Shown: positions 30,199 to 44,492, counted from the stretch's first letter. The stretch is 64,000 nt of DNA from Nitrosomonadaceae bacterium (GCA_014237605.1 JAAZZR010000001.1:8156-72155), one strand, 5' to 3'. The notes: generated by a model from the letters alone, not told the origin. Numbers and translations: made by a program.

Positions 30199-31380
30199 AT
30201 GAATGAATATCTATTTACTTCAGAATCTGTCTCTGAAGGTCATCCGGATAAAGTGTCAGATCAGATTTCTGATGCGGTCTTAGATGCAATTTTAACCCAT
30301 GACAGTGATGCACGGGTAGCCTGTGAAACACTATGTAGTACCGGTCTAATCGTTATGTCAGGAGAAATTACTACTAATGCCTCAGTAGATTACAATGTAA
30401 TTGCCCGTGAAACTCTTAAACGTATTGGTTATACCAGTTCAGATATTGGGTTTGATGCTAGTACTTGTTCGGTATTAACTGCATTTAATAAGCAGTCAAT
30501 CGACATTAAACAAGGGGTCGACCGTACCAAAGAAGAAGAATTAGATCAGGGTGCGGGTGATCAGGGGCTAATGTTTGGTTATGCCTGTAATGAGACGCCT
30601 CAATTAATGCCAATGCCGATTCACTATGCGCATAGGCTGGTGGAGAGACAGGCAGAAATGAGAAGAAGTGGACGCATGGTATGGTTGCGCCCAGATGCTA
30701 AATCGCAGGTATCAGTTAATTACAAAAATGGGAATCCACAAAGCATTGAAACTGTTGTAATTTCTACACAGCATAATCCTGAAATTTCACATGCAGATTT
30801 AACTGAAGCTGTAATTGAGGAGATTATTAAACCGGTTCTTCCAAAAAAAATGTTGGATAGTAATATCCGCTACCTAGTTAATCCAACTGGACGTTTTGTA
30901 GTTGGTGGGCCAATGGGTGATTGCGGGCTAACTGGGCGTAAAATTATTGTAGATACTTATGGTGGTTCAGCACACCACGGGGGAGGTGCTTTTTCTGGCA
31001 AGGATCCTTCTAAGGTAGATCGATCAGCGGCATATGCTGGACGTTATGTGGCCAAGAATATTGTTGCAGCTGGAATTGCAAGCAGGTGTGAAGTACAGAT
31101 AGCATATGCAATTGGTGTAGCGCATCCGGTTTCCTTGATGGTTGAAACTTTTGGTACCGGTAAAATGTCTGATGATAAAATTGCAAAATTAATTGAACGG
31201 AATTTTGATTTGCGGCCACGCGCGATTATTCACTCACTTAATTTATTGCGTCCAATTTATCTTAAAACTGCTTCTTATGGTCATTTCGGGCGGGATGAGC
31301 CAGAATTTACTTGGGAGGCAACTGATAAGGCTGCGCAACTTAGTGACGATGCCGGTATTAAGATTGCGGTAGAGTCGTGA
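30199..31380 (+). CDS. metK: S-adenosylmethionine synthase
   Basis: [23 protein letters not shown] and [19 protein letters not shown]. Confidence 0.98.
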   Translation: MNEYLFTSESVSEGHPDKVSDQISDAVLDAILTHDSDARVACETLCSTGLIVMSGEITTNASVDYNVIARETLKRIGYTSSDIGFDASTCSVLTAFNKQSIDIKQGVDRTKEEELDQGAGDQGLMFGYACNETPQLMPMPIHYAHRLVERQAEMRRSGRMVWLRPDAKSQVSVNYKNGNPQSIETVVISTQHNPEISHADLTEAVIEEIIKPVLPKKMLDSNIRYLVNPTGRFVVGGPMGDCGLTGRKIIVDTYGGSAHHGGGAFSGKDPSKVDRSAAYAGRYVAKNIVAAGIASRCEVQIAYAIGVAHPVSLMVETFGTGKMSDDKIAKLIERNFDLRPRAIIHSLNLLRPIYLKTASYGHFGRDEPEFTWEATDKAAQLSDDAGIKIAVES

Positions 31381-31419
31381 GAGATAGCTGGGCTAGTTTT
31401 AAGTTATATTAGTTTTTCC

Positions 31420-31502
31420 TTATGCCGAGGAGCGCTGCAGTGGGGATAACCCCTCGAGGCTTGGTATGTAAGGGCACTGTAACAACTGCGCTCGCTCACC
31501 TT
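31420..31502 (+). promoter_or_regulatory. SAH (S-adenosylhomocysteine) riboswitch, the cis-regulatory leader of ahcY
   Basis: GCCGAGGAGCGCUGCAG-UGGGGAUAACCCCU-CGAGGCUUGG...ACAACUGCGCUCGCUCACC matches the conserved core of the SAH riboswitch (CCGAGGAGCGCUGC ... AGGCUCGG ... AACGGCGCUCAC). GAGCGC can pair with GCGCUC as the pseudoknot. It sits directly before the AGGAAA RBS and ATG of ahcY, the canonical genomic context. Confidence 0.85.
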
Positions 31503-31512
31503 AGGAAATCTT

Positions 31513-32946
31513 ATGAACGCTGAGTTTAAATCTATTAGCACTAAAACTACTGAATATAAAATTGCTGATATATCTCTTGCAGGGTGGGGTCGCAAGGAAA
31601 TTGCTATTGCTGAAAATGAAATGCCTGGTTTGGTGGGGCTACGTGAAGAATATGCGGGGCAAAAGCCCTTAAAGGGGGCTCGTATTGCGGGCTCGCTTCA
31701 CATGACAATTCAGACCGCCGTATTAATAGAGACGCTAGTTGATTTAGGCGCAGAAGTACGCTGGGCTTCATGTAATATTTATTCCACTCAGGATCATGCG
31801 GCAGCAGCAATGGCGGCTGAAGGCATTCCAGTATTTGCCTTTAAGGGCGAATCATTAGATGAATATTGGGAGTATGCTCATGAGATATTTAATTGGTCTG
31901 GCGACGGAGAATTGAGTACACCTAACATGATTCTTGATGACGGTGGTGATGCGACACTTCTAATTATCCTTGGAAGTAAGGCAGAAAAAGACCTATCAGT
32001 TATTGATAATCCTAGCAACGAAGAGGAGCAGGCTTTATTTGCAGCAATCAGAAAACGACTGGAAGTTCGGCCAGGTTGGTATTCCAATATATTGGCTAAT
32101 ATTCAAGGGGTGACGGAAGAAACCACTACCGGAGTTCATCGTTTGTACGAAATGCAGAGAGACGGGGAGCTTCCGTTCCCTGCTTTCAATGTGAATGACT
32201 CAGTTACAAAATCAAAATTCGATAATTTATATGGTTGCCGAGAATCACTAGTGGACGGAATTAAGCGTGCAACCGATGTAATGATTGCAGGTAAAATTGC
32301 TTTAGTGTGTGGTTTTGGAGATGTGGGCAAGGGTTGTGCTCAGTCTTTGCGTGGGCTTGGAGCTACTGTATGGATTACTGAGATAGATCCGATTTGTGCT
32401 CTTCAGGCAGCAATGGAAGGTTATCGTGTTGTTACTATGGACCAAGCCTGTGATCAGGCTGATATTTTTGTTACAGCAACGGGTAATTTGCGCGTGATCG
32501 ATCATGATCACATGCTGAAAATGAAAGATCAGGCTATCATTTGTAATATTGGTCACTTTGATTCGGAGATAGATATTGCTTCCGTTCAGAAATATCAGTG
32601 GGAAAACATTAAGCCACAGGTAGATCATGTAATTTTTCCAACAGGTCGTCGGATCATTGTATTAGCACAGGGGCGTCTGGTAAATCTGGGTTGTGCTACA
32701 GGCCATCCATCGTATGTAATGTCCTGTTCATTTGCTAATCAGGTGTTAGCTCAAATAGAGCTATGGAAGAATGGTGAGAATTACCAAAATGATGTTTATG
32801 TATTACCAAAGCAGCTGGATGAGAAAGTTGCACGTTTGCACATTAAAAAGCTAGGAGTCAATCTCACTGAATTAACCGAGGAGCAGGCCAAGTACCTAAA
32901 TATGGATAAAAATGGGCCATTTAAGCCAGAAATGTATCGGTATTAA
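31513..32946 (+). CDS. ahcY: Adenosylhomocysteinase
   Basis: [26 protein letters not shown] and NAD site [20 protein letters not shown]-terminal KPEMYRY. Confidence 0.98.
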   Translation: MNAEFKSISTKTTEYKIADISLAGWGRKEIAIAENEMPGLVGLREEYAGQKPLKGARIAGSLHMTIQTAVLIETLVDLGAEVRWASCNIYSTQDHAAAAMAAEGIPVFAFKGESLDEYWEYAHEIFNWSGDGELSTPNMILDDGGDATLLIILGSKAEKDLSVIDNPSNEEEQALFAAIRKRLEVRPGWYSNILANIQGVTEETTTGVHRLYEMQRDGELPFPAFNVNDSVTKSKFDNLYGCRESLVDGIKRATDVMIAGKIALVCGFGDVGKGCAQSLRGLGATVWITEIDPICALQAAMEGYRVVTMDQACDQADIFVTATGNLRVIDHDHMLKMKDQAIICNIGHFDSEIDIASVQKYQWENIKPQVDHVIFPTGRRIIVLAQGRLVNLGCATGHPSYVMSCSFANQVLAQIELWKNGENYQNDVYVLPKQLDEKVARLHIKKLGVNLTELTEEQAKYLNMDKNGPFKPEMYRY

Positions 32947-33016
32947 TACCTAGTTGTAGGAATATGGAGAAAAGCTAACGTGAGTAGTACCTGCTTTCTT
33001 CATATTTTTCATATTT

Positions 33017-33895
33017 ATGGGTATAGTAAAAATGGAATCGCAAAAACAACCTATACGTACTTTTAGTTTTGAATTTTTTCCACCACAAACATCAAAAGGT
33101 GTGGAGAAATTGCGTGTTACACGTCAACAATTAGCACAATTTAGTCCAAAGTTTTTTTCTGTAACTTTTGGTGCGGGGGGCTCTACACAAGACCGTACGT
33201 TTGAAACAGTTTTAGAAATTCAGGCTGAGGGATATGCTGAAGCTGCTCCTCATCTTTCTTGTATTGGCTCAACTAGTGAAAACATTCGTTCTCATCTTCA
33301 GAATTATTTAGATAATGGAATTAATTATATAGTTGCACTACGCGGGGACCTTCCTTCAGGGATGGCTCAGCCAGGAGAATTCCGCTATGCTGCAGAATTA
33401 GTTGAATTTATTCGCAGAGAATTTGGAGGTTCTTTTCATATTGAAGTAGCGGCTTATCCGGAATGCCACCCTCAGGCAAATTCTGCTCAGGATGATTTAC
33501 AGAATTTCAAGCGTAAAATAGAAGCAGGAGCTAATTCTGCCATCACTCAATATTTTTACAATGCAGAGGCATATTTTAAATTTTTAGATGCCTGTGAAAC
33601 TGTAAATATAAACGTTCCTATCGTGCCAGGTATTATGCCAATAAATAGGTTTGCTCAATTAGCTAGATTTTCAGATGCATGTGGTGCAGAGATTCCGCGT
33701 TGGCTTAGAAAAAAGATGAATGGGTATGGAGATGACAGTGCATCAATTCGAGCATATGGAATAGATGTTGTAACTGACTTATGTAGTCAATTACTTGATG
33801 CGGGCGCACCAGGATTACATTTTTATACGATGAATTCTCCAGACCTGACAACTGAAATTTGGAACAGGTTGGGATTACAAGTAAGGTCCAAATAA
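33017..33895 (+). CDS. metF: Methylenetetrahydrofolate reductase
   Basis: FSFEFFPPQT motif. 292 aa. Alternative ATG at 33032. Confidence 0.93.
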   Translation: MGIVKMESQKQPIRTFSFEFFPPQTSKGVEKLRVTRQQLAQFSPKFFSVTFGAGGSTQDRTFETVLEIQAEGYAEAAPHLSCIGSTSENIRSHLQNYLDNGINYIVALRGDLPSGMAQPGEFRYAAELVEFIRREFGGSFHIEVAAYPECHPQANSAQDDLQNFKRKIEAGANSAITQYFYNAEAYFKFLDACETVNINVPIVPGIMPINRFAQLARFSDACGAEIPRWLRKKMNGYGDDSASIRAYGIDVVTDLCSQLLDAGAPGLHFYTMNSPDLTTEIWNRLGLQVRSK

Positions 33896-33911
33896 ACAAT
33901 ATTTGGTACAA

Positions 33912-33949
33912 GTGCGGGTTTAAATCTTTTAGAGTCGCACCTTTTTATT
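33912..33949 (+). terminator. Possible intrinsic terminator after metF
   Basis: GTGCG...CGCAC (5-bp stem, long loop) followed by CTTTTTATT. Weak. Confidence 0.3.
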
Positions 33950-34007
33950 AGGCGGGATAATTATGAATTATCTCACCTAATAAATCGGGTAGCGAATGAG
34001 GCTATAT

Positions 34008-35243
34008 TTAGATTGTTTTTACTGGTACGGCATTTAGTGTATTTTCTTCATAAACCTTATGTGCCGCAGTCTGAGCTGAACCAATATCAACCTTTTTGCC
34101 CATATCCGAGAAGACTGTTTCTAGGGCATTTAAACATAGCATGACGTTGTCTATTTTGCTTGAATAGCCCATTAAGCCAAATCGCCATATTTTTCCAGCA
34201 AAATCCCCAAGTCCTGCGCCAATTTCAAGGTTGTATTCAGCAAGTAGTCTACGACGTACTTCCTTCTCATCCACACCGTCAGGTATATATACTGAATTTA
34301 ACTGTGGTAGGCGGTATTCCTCATCAACTAGGTACCTAGTACCAAAGGTCTCTAGCCCTGCTTTCAATGCCTCATGGTTACGCTGATGACGAGCCCAAGA
34401 ATGTTCTAGCCCTTCTTCATAAAGTATAACCAAGGCCTCATGTAATGCGTAGAGTGCATTAGTTGGGGCAGTGTGGTGATAGGTTCTAGTTTCACCCCAA
34501 TAGCCAAGTACTAAATTTAAATCCATAAACCAACTCTGTACTTTTGTCTTGCGATTTTTAACAAGTTCTATAACGCGCTCCGAAAAGCTTACTGGGGATA
34601 GGCCTGGTGGACATGAAAGACATTTTTGGCTACCAGAATAGATTGCATCTATTTTCCATTCATCGACTAGTAGTGGCGAGCCGCCTAAAGAAGTAACCGC
34701 ATCAACAATGGTCATACAGTTATAGCGCTGGGCAATTTCACAAAGTGTTTTTGCATCTGAAAGAGCGCCTGTAGATGTCTCGGCATGAACAAAAGCAATA
34801 ATTTTCGTATCAGGGTTCTGTTTCAGTGCATCTTCTACTTTCTGTGGGTCAACAGGCTCTCCCCAGTTGTTATCCACTAAGATTGCTACACCACCGCAGC
34901 GTTGTACATTTTCCATCATACGAGATCCAAATACGCCATTACGACAGACAATTACCTTATCACCGGGGCTTACCATATTGACGAAACACATTTCCATTCC
35001 AACTGAACCGGGTCCAGATACGGGAAAGGTCATTAGATTGGTAGTTTGGAAAGAATAGCGAAGAAGGCTTTTTAATTCTTCCATCATGTCGGTGAAGACT
35101 GGATCAAGATGTCCTAAGGTTGGGCGAGCCATGGCAGATAGTACTCGCGGATGTGTGTCTGATGGACCGGGGCCCATCAGGGTACGTTGTGGTGGATAGA
35201 ATGTACTTATTTTCTTAGTAGGGTAACAAGCTGTAGAAGTCAT
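34008..35243 (-). CDS. Class V aminotransferase, serine--glyoxylate / alanine--glyoxylate (AGXT) family
   Basis: 411-aa ORF with the PLP-lysine motif YSGSQKCLS and AGXT-like layout (MGPGPSD near the N-terminus). Confidence 0.8.
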   Translation of the reverse strand: MTSTACYPTKKISTFYPPQRTLMGPGPSDTHPRVLSAMARPTLGHLDPVFTDMMEELKSLLRYSFQTTNLMTFPVSGPGSVGMEMCFVNMVSPGDKVIVCRNGVFGSRMMENVQRCGGVAILVDNNWGEPVDPQKVEDALKQNPDTKIIAFVHAETSTGALSDAKTLCEIAQRYNCMTIVDAVTSLGGSPLLVDEWKIDAIYSGSQKCLSCPPGLSPVSFSERVIELVKNRKTKVQSWFMDLNLVLGYWGETRTYHHTAPTNALYALHEALVILYEEGLEHSWARHQRNHEALKAGLETFGTRYLVDEEYRLPQLNSVYIPDGVDEKEVRRRLLAEYNLEIGAGLGDFAGKIWRFGLMGYSSKIDNVMLCLNALETVFSDMGKKVDIGSAQTAAHKVYEENTLNAVPVKTI

Positions 35244-35497
35244 AAATGATCCTGAATGAGAAGACGCGACTGATTAATTAAAAGAAAAGGATTGATTTTA
35301 TCAAGTGATGGAGTAATTTGCTATCAATGGTGCTGAACTAATTTATAGTTAAATTTGATATGGCAGGAGAGTATATTTTTTTGTTGTAATTTGTAACTTA
35401 ATGCTTCATTAGACATAAAGGTGCTATGAGGAGATTTTAGAATTAGAGAGTGTAGTAGCAATAGAGTAGGCATCACTAGGCTTAAAATAATTTCTCA

Positions 35498-36604
35498 TTA
35501 TGTTTTTACTAATTTAGGGTGCATTTGTATGCTCATCAAAATACCAAAACCTAAAAGCATTGTCACCATAGATGTGCCACCATAACTGATAAGTGGAAGT
35601 GGTACACCTACCACCGGAAGTATGCCAACAACCATTCCTATATTAACAAATATATAAGTGAAAAAAGTTAATGTGATTGATCCTGCAATAAGCCGAGTAA
35701 ATTGAGTTGAAGCATTTGCAGCGATAACCATCCCGCGGCCAATTATTACCAGATACAATATTAGCAGCAACGAATTGCCAACGATTCCAAATTCTTCAGA
35801 GAATACTGCAAAAATGAAATCAGTACTTTTCTCAGGGAGAAAATCTAAATGGGTCTGCGTGCCGTTCTGCCATCCCTTTCCAATAATGCCACCGGAGCCT
35901 ATTGCAATGGACGATTGGATGGTATGGTAACCGGCCCCTAATGCATCTTGCGCCGGGTCAAATAAAGTCATAACACGTTGTTTTTGATAGCCATGCATCA
36001 TCGACCAGAGTAATGGCAGGCTGCCTGCTCCGGCAATTACTAGTCCAATCATTATGCGCCATGATAATCCCGCAAGAAACAAAACATAAAAGCCGCTGGA
36101 GATAATTAGTAAGGTAGTTCCCAGGTCTGGCTGGCGTAAAATAAGTGCCGCTGGTAAGAATAGAAGCATTGACGCTACTACGTAGTCTCGGGCCCGTAAA
36201 GTAGTTTCGTGTTTATCAAAATACCATGCCATCATTAGTGGCACAGCGATTTTCATTAGTTCTGAGGGTTGAATACGAGTAACGCCTAAATCTAGCCACC
36301 TTCTTGCTCCATTGTTAATTTCACCAAATAGCGCTACACAAATTAGAAGAATTAGGCCAACTACATATATTGGTAAAGCAAGTCGCATCATGTGTTGAAG
36401 TGGAATGTTAGCTACCAACCACATGATGACTAGCGCTGCAACCATGTTAACTGCTTGGTTGGTTACACGAGTTAAATTTCCTCCTGTAGCACTGTAAAGC
36501 GTTGCAAGACCAACCGCCATTACTAGAAGGATGCTAAATAATAAAAAGCTATCTATGTATCGTGTGAAGTAGTGCCATAGACGTAAAGATCTAGTCATGC
36601 TCAC
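35498..36604 (-). CDS. mrdB: Peptidoglycan glycosyltransferase RodA (SEDS family)
   Basis: Multi-TM SEDS protein with EKSTDFIFAVFSEE and PLPLISYGGTS. Follows mrdA. Confidence 0.95.
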   Translation of the reverse strand: MSMTRSLRLWHYFTRYIDSFLLFSILLVMAVGLATLYSATGGNLTRVTNQAVNMVAALVIMWLVANIPLQHMMRLALPIYVVGLILLICVALFGEINNGARRWLDLGVTRIQPSELMKIAVPLMMAWYFDKHETTLRARDYVVASMLLFLPAALILRQPDLGTTLLIISSGFYVLFLAGLSWRIMIGLVIAGAGSLPLLWSMMHGYQKQRVMTLFDPAQDALGAGYHTIQSSIAIGSGGIIGKGWQNGTQTHLDFLPEKSTDFIFAVFSEEFGIVGNSLLLILYLVIIGRGMVIAANASTQFTRLIAGSITLTFFTYIFVNIGMVVGILPVVGVPLPLISYGGTSMVTMLLGFGILMSIQMHPKLVKT

Positions 36605-38498
36605 CTTCCCCGTTTCTATCTAGAGGTTCTTCTTCCATGTGAGCCGGCAACTTGCCAAGTAGGGCATAATCCATTACTTGTCTCGCAATTGGAGCGGCAG
36701 CAGAGCTACCATGACTAACATTTTCTACTAATACTGATAATGCAATACTTGGGTTTTCTGCTGGGGCATAGGCTATGAACAACGCGTGATCACGGTGCCG
36801 CTCATTTATAGCATCTTCATCATATTTTTTCCCCTGTTTAATACTTATTACCTGAGATGTCCCTGTTTTCCCGGCAAAGGTATAGCCGGCTCCTACTCCT
36901 ACCCCTGCTGCAGTACCTCCCGTTTTGGTGACACCTATAAGTGCATTTCTTACTATCTCAAGATTTTTTGGATTGAGATTGAGCCGATATAATATTTTCG
37001 GGGCCCTTTCAAATATTTCACCGGTTTTAGTATTTTCTATTCGCTTCACAATATGTGGGCGGAATGCGGTTCCTTTATTTGCAATTATTGAGGTAGCAAA
37101 AGCAAGCTGAAGTGGTGTGGCCAGGTTGTATCCCTGACCAATACCAATGGAGATAGTATCGCCCGGCCACCATTTTTGTTTATGACGCCTCATTTTCCAC
37201 TCACGTGAAGGCAATAAGCCTGAGGCTTCTCCCTCTATATCAATACCAGTTTTTTTACCTAAACCAAATTGGCCAATAAATTTAGAGATATTGTCTATAC
37301 CAAGCTCATTAGCAAGTTCGTAATAATATGTATCGCATGAAACCACTAGTGATTTATGAACATTCACTTTTCCATGGCCACCCGCTTTCCAGTCTCGGTA
37401 TCGGTTACTGCTACCAGGTAATTTATAGTACCCGGGATCACTGATCGCATACCCGGGTGTTCGTAAATTAAGCTCTAGCCCCGCTAACGCCATAAATGGC
37501 TTAAATGTAGAGCCTGGCGGATAAACGCCGCGTAATGCGCGATTATTCAGTGGTCTGTCGATAGAGTTATTGAGCCGACCCCAATTCTTAAAATCGATAC
37601 CATTTACAAAAAGATTTGAGTCAAACCCTGGTTTACTGACAAATGCAAGCACATCGCCATTATTAGGATTAATTGCTACCAGAGCACCCCGTCGGTCACC
37701 GAAGGCCCTTTCAGCAATCTCTTGTAATTTAGTGTCAAGAGTCAATGTAAGGTTATTGCCAGAGACCGGTGGTGTGCGCGATAAAACTCTTATTTTACGC
37801 CCTGCTGAGTCAGTCTCTATTTCCTCAAAGCCAGCTATACCATGCAGTTCTTTCTCGTAGCTTTGTTCGACACCAATTTTTCCAATATGGTTGGTTCCTT
37901 TGTAATTTGCTAAACCTTTATTTGCTTCTAACCTTGCAAGATCTTTATGATTAATACGGCCTATGTAACCAACGACATGTGAAGAACTCTTTCCTTTTGG
38001 GTATTGTCGAAACAGGCGGGCCTTTATCTCTACGCCGGGGAAACGATAGCTGTTAGCAGCAAAACGTGCTACTTCTTCTTCAGATAAGCGGGTTCGAATA
38101 GGCAAACTTTCAAACTTATTATTTTCTTCCATAAGTTTTTTAAAGCGTCTGCGATCTATTTCCTTAATGGGAATAATGGTGGCGAGCTCATTTATTGTGT
38201 TCTCAAAATCAGAAAGCTTACTGGGTACGAGTTCAAGCGTATAGGCAGAATAATTTTGTGCTAAAACAATGCCATTACGATCTATAATCAGGCCCCTATT
38301 AGGAACAATAGGAGAGATAGATATGCGATTGGCTTCCGCCAGGGTGTGATAGCGCGTACTTTCTAAAACCTGCAAATAAAAAAAGCGCGCAAAAAGTATC
38401 AGGAATAGGAATAATACAAAGCCTGCGCTGATAGCAAGCCGGTTCTGGAAATGATGCAACTCATTAAGGTGATCGCGAATCTCTATCATGTGCTTCAT
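36591..38498 (-). CDS. mrdA: Penicillin-binding protein 2 (elongasome transpeptidase)
   Basis: SxxK PPGSTFKP and KTG motif AGKTGTSQ. Positioned between mreD and rodA. Confidence 0.95.
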   Translation of the reverse strand: MKHMIEIRDHLNELHHFQNRLAISAGFVLFLFLILFARFFYLQVLESTRYHTLAEANRISISPIVPNRGLIIDRNGIVLAQNYSAYTLELVPSKLSDFENTINELATIIPIKEIDRRRFKKLMEENNKFESLPIRTRLSEEEVARFAANSYRFPGVEIKARLFRQYPKGKSSSHVVGYIGRINHKDLARLEANKGLANYKGTNHIGKIGVEQSYEKELHGIAGFEEIETDSAGRKIRVLSRTPPVSGNNLTLTLDTKLQEIAERAFGDRRGALVAINPNNGDVLAFVSKPGFDSNLFVNGIDFKNWGRLNNSIDRPLNNRALRGVYPPGSTFKPFMALAGLELNLRTPGYAISDPGYYKLPGSSNRYRDWKAGGHGKVNVHKSLVVSCDTYYYELANELGIDNISKFIGQFGLGKKTGIDIEGEASGLLPSREWKMRRHKQKWWPGDTISIGIGQGYNLATPLQLAFATSIIANKGTAFRPHIVKRIENTKTGEIFERAPKILYRLNLNPKNLEIVRNALIGVTKTGGTAAGVGVGAGYTFAGKTGTSQVISIKQGKKYDEDAINERHRDHALFIAYAPAENPSIALSVLVENVSHGSSAAAPIARQVMDYALLGKLPAHMEEEPLDRNGEGEHD

Positions 38499-39016
38499 AG
38501 TGCATTTGAATCATGTTTTGAACTATGGGACATTTTAAGTAGAAGCGAGATCAGCGGCCATAGCAGCATACCAGTAAAACTGGCAAGAAAATAATGCCAA
38601 CCTGGAAAATCTGATCTTTTTAATAGCTCAGTTAAGAGTATTATAAATTGAGTAAAGAGTAACAATAGTCCAACTTGAGGTGCTTGTTTAAGCAATCCAA
38701 ATACATTTATACGTCGGCGTAGTAACAATACAATGAAAATCATCACACTGTATGCTAAAGCATGTTGTCCAAACATGCTGCTATTAACTACGTCCATTAA
38801 TAGACCCATAACAAAAGCAATACTCATGCCTACTCGCTGTGGCTGGTAAATGCCCCAAAATAGCAGTACCAAAGCAACAAAATCTGGTCGTAATATTAGC
38901 AGGGATTCATTTATTGGCAATAGGTTTAGTAATAGCCCTATCAATAGACTAAGGATGACGAACCAACCTTTTGCAGGAAGAATGATCTCTTCTTTGGAAT
39001 AATTATCGGGTGTCAT
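38495..39016 (-). CDS. mreD: Rod shape-determining protein MreD
   Basis: 173-aa polytopic membrane ORF with 4-nt overlaps to mreC and mrdA. Confidence 0.88.
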   Translation of the reverse strand: MTPDNYSKEEIILPAKGWFVILSLLIGLLLNLLPINESLLILRPDFVALVLLFWGIYQPQRVGMSIAFVMGLLMDVVNSSMFGQHALAYSVMIFIVLLLRRRINVFGLLKQAPQVGLLLLFTQFIILLTELLKRSDFPGWHYFLASFTGMLLWPLISLLLKMSHSSKHDSNAL

Positions 39017-39903
39017 TTTTTTTCTGATCCCTTGTCCTCAAGATAGATATTAGCTGAGTCCATCAAGTTTTCCGGAGGGAGCTGTGGAGAAAGAATCAAA
39101 ACCTGTTTATTGCGATCGACACCAGCAATAGTTGTACAGATGATATAAGCAAAAGCAGAAGATATATCACGTTTTACTTTTGATACCAAAGCTACTGGTA
39201 GGCCAGAAGGGTAAACGTCACCTATACCTGAAGTAACTATTTGATCCCCTTCCTGGATATCGACATTGTTTGCCATATAATTTAATTCAAGTGTTTTGTA
39301 TTTACCGGTACCAGATGCTACTGAGCGTAGACCATTACGTAAGATCTGGACTGGTATTGAGTGACCTTTGTCAGTAATCAGTTTGGCTTCTGAAGACCAC
39401 GGATAGGTATGTGTAATTTGTCCTATTACCCCTAAATGGTCTACTATAACTTGGCCATTTTGAGCGCCATTCTGGAAGCCTTTGTCGAGTATAACTGTAA
39501 GGTTAAAAGGATCTCTTGGAACAGAGCGAATTTCCGCCAGAATAGCCTTGATCTTATTTTTTGGGGTAGCTTCCAACAACTTACGAAGATGTTTATTCTC
39601 AATTGTCAGGGCTGAAAATTGTTGTAGCTTGCCTGAGTCAATAAGGTGCTGTTGTTTAAAGCGCGCATTTTCATCAGCTAAGTCCTGAGCAATAAAAAAA
39701 TCATTTGCTAAATTGGAGATTGCGGTTGGTAGGTGGGCTAAATTCTGTATTGGGTATAGCGCTACAGCAATAGTTTGGCGAACCTCATAGAGATATTTGA
39801 AGTGAGTATCAACTACCATCAGTATTAAGGATAGCTGAATAAAAAAAACCAGCCGGACTAGCAAGCTAGGGCCATGTTTAAAAAATTGTGGGGTTGTTTC
39901 CAT
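39013..39903 (-). CDS. mreC: Rod shape-determining protein MreC
   Basis: N-terminal TM plus coiled coil, with C-terminal beta domains (GDQIVTSGIGDVYPSGLPVA). Confidence 0.92.
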   Translation of the reverse strand: METTPQFFKHGPSLLVRLVFFIQLSLILMVVDTHFKYLYEVRQTIAVALYPIQNLAHLPTAISNLANDFFIAQDLADENARFKQQHLIDSGKLQQFSALTIENKHLRKLLEATPKNKIKAILAEIRSVPRDPFNLTVILDKGFQNGAQNGQVIVDHLGVIGQITHTYPWSSEAKLITDKGHSIPVQILRNGLRSVASGTGKYKTLELNYMANNVDIQEGDQIVTSGIGDVYPSGLPVALVSKVKRDISSAFAYIICTTIAGVDRNKQVLILSPQLPPENLMDSANIYLEDKGSEKK

Positions 39904-39976
39904 TACATGCGCGGTGTTTCATGGATTCTAATTAGTATCCGGTTCATTGGTACTAACACTTCAATCCTGGATACTG

Positions 39977-41059
<1,083 letters not shown>

Positions 41060-41177
41060 TTAAAATTACACAAAAAGACTAAGTTTTAAAGATTATCTAT
41101 AGATACTCTATAACGGCGGTTTTAAACGTAACTTTATGATACTCTATTATGTTTTTGAACGTAAGGGGTGTTAGCTG

Positions 41178-41465
41178 ATGGCCGTGACTCTTGAAGATGT
41201 AAAACGTGTGGCAAATCTTGCTCGGATTGAAATTAGTAATGATGAAGCTCGTACTACCCTGGATCAAATAACAGGGATTTTCTCCTTAATTGAGCAAATG
41301 GAGCTAGTAGATACGTCCACAGTCATTCCCATGTCTCATGCTCAAGGTGTTGAGCAGCGATTGCGTAAAGATGAAGTAACAGAGATAGATCAGCACAAAT
41401 TATTTCAATTGCAGGCACCTAAAACAGAAGCTAAATTATATCTAGTGCCAAAAGTTATTGAATGA
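41178..41465 (+). CDS. gatC: Asp/Glu-tRNA amidotransferase subunit C
   Basis: VKRVANLARIEISNDEA. 95 aa, precedes gatA. Confidence 0.93.
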   Translation: MAVTLEDVKRVANLARIEISNDEARTTLDQITGIFSLIEQMELVDTSTVIPMSHAQGVEQRLRKDEVTEIDQHKLFQLQAPKTEAKLYLVPKVIE

Positions 41466-41516
41466 AATTTTAAGAATAAATGCAATATTTTATAATTTCT
41501 CCATATTTTATATACC

Positions 41517-42977
41517 ATGTTTAATTCTAGCCTAAATCAGCTTTCTACATTACTTGCTACTAAGCAGGTATCGAGCATTGAACTAACCAGAGATTTTCTT
41601 AGAAACATTAAAAATTTAAACAAAGAATATAATGCATTCATTACAGTAAATGAAGAAATGAGTCTTGATCAGGCCCGTATTGCTGATGCAATGATTGCTT
41701 CAGGAGAAGGAAGCCCGTTAACTGGAATCCCTATTGCTCATAAGGATATTTTTTGTACTAAAGGATGGCTCACTACTTGTGGGTCAAAAATGCTATCAAA
41801 CTTCATTTCGCCTTATGACGCACATGTAATTGAACTTTTCAATAAGGCTGGTACAGTAAATATTGGTAAAACTAATATGGATGAATTTGCTATGGGGTCT
41901 AGTAATGAGACCTCTTTTTATGGGCCAGTTAAGAATCCGTGGGATATTTTATCAGTACCTGGAGGAAGCTCTGGGGGTTCAGCTTGCGCAGTAGCTGCAC
42001 GTATGGCGCCGGCTGCTACTGGCACTGACACAGGAGGGTCTATTCGCCAACCAGCATCATTATGTGGCGTATCTGGTATAAAACCAACTTATGGTTTGGT
42101 ATCAAGATATGGAATGATTGCTTTTGCTTCGAGTCTTGATCAGGGGGGGCCAATAGCAAAGTCAGCTGCAGATTTAGCATTAATGTTAAATGTCATGGTG
42201 GGTTTTGATGCCCGTGATTCAACAAGCCTGCAATATGAGAATGAAGACTATACAAGAGAACTAAAAAGGCCGATAGAGGGTCTGCGTATTGGTCTGCCAA
42301 AAGAATATTTTGCCGAAGGGTTAAGTGATGATGTGTCGCGCGCTGTAGATGGAGCTGTTGCAGAATATAGTAAACTCGGCGCAAAAATAATCGAGGTGTC
42401 ATTGCCAAATACTAAGCTCTCGATTCCGGTTTACTACGTGCTAGCTCCGGCAGAGGCATCAAGTAATCTATCCCGTTTCGATGGGGTTCGTTATGGCCAC
42501 CGCTCCGAAGAATATAATAACCTTGATGATATGTACCTGAAAAGTCGTTCTCAGGGTTTTGGTGCTGAAGTGAAGAGGCGTATTTTAATTGGGACATATG
42601 TGTTATCACATGGATATTACGATGCTTATTATATAAAGGCACAGAAATTAAGACGTCTAATCGCTCAGGATTTTACTGAAGTATTTAAGCAATGTGACGT
42701 AATAATGGGACCAACCTCACCTTCAGTTGCATTTTCCTTAGGGGAGAAAAATAATGATCCTTTGCAGATGTATTTATCAGATGCATATACAGCTGCAGCC
42801 AGTTTAGCTGGGCTACCAGGGATGTCGATTCCTGTTGGGTTTGGTAAGAAAAACAGACCGGTTGGATTGCATATCATTGGTAATTATTTTGCTGAAGCAA
42901 AAATACTAAACATTGCGCATCAATTTCAGCAGGTAACAGATTGGCATACAAAAATGCCGGATATAAAAAAACTCTAA
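41517..42977 (+). CDS. gatA: Asp/Glu-tRNA amidotransferase subunit A
   Basis: Amidase signature [13 protein letters not shown], then [11 protein letters not shown]. Confidence 0.96.
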   Translation: MFNSSLNQLSTLLATKQVSSIELTRDFLRNIKNLNKEYNAFITVNEEMSLDQARIADAMIASGEGSPLTGIPIAHKDIFCTKGWLTTCGSKMLSNFISPYDAHVIELFNKAGTVNIGKTNMDEFAMGSSNETSFYGPVKNPWDILSVPGGSSGGSACAVAARMAPAATGTDTGGSIRQPASLCGVSGIKPTYGLVSRYGMIAFASSLDQGGPIAKSAADLALMLNVMVGFDARDSTSLQYENEDYTRELKRPIEGLRIGLPKEYFAEGLSDDVSRAVDGAVAEYSKLGAKIIEVSLPNTKLSIPVYYVLAPAEASSNLSRFDGVRYGHRSEEYNNLDDMYLKSRSQGFGAEVKRRILIGTYVLSHGYYDAYYIKAQKLRRLIAQDFTEVFKQCDVIMGPTSPSVAFSLGEKNNDPLQMYLSDAYTAAASLAGLPGMSIPVGFGKKNRPVGLHIIGNYFAEAKILNIAHQFQQVTDWHTKMPDIKKL

Positions 42978-42995
42978 ATTAATAAAGAAAATAAT

Positions 42996-44483
<1,488 letters not shown>

Positions 44484-44492
44484 AAATAAGAT

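Noticed and set aside
35292-35304. TTGAT-TTT-ATCAA dyad upstream of the AGXT-family aminotransferase as an FNR/CRP-family site
   Set aside because: The spacer is 3 nt, not the 4 nt required by the TTGAT-N4-ATCAA consensus. It may still be some operator, but it is not an FNR box.
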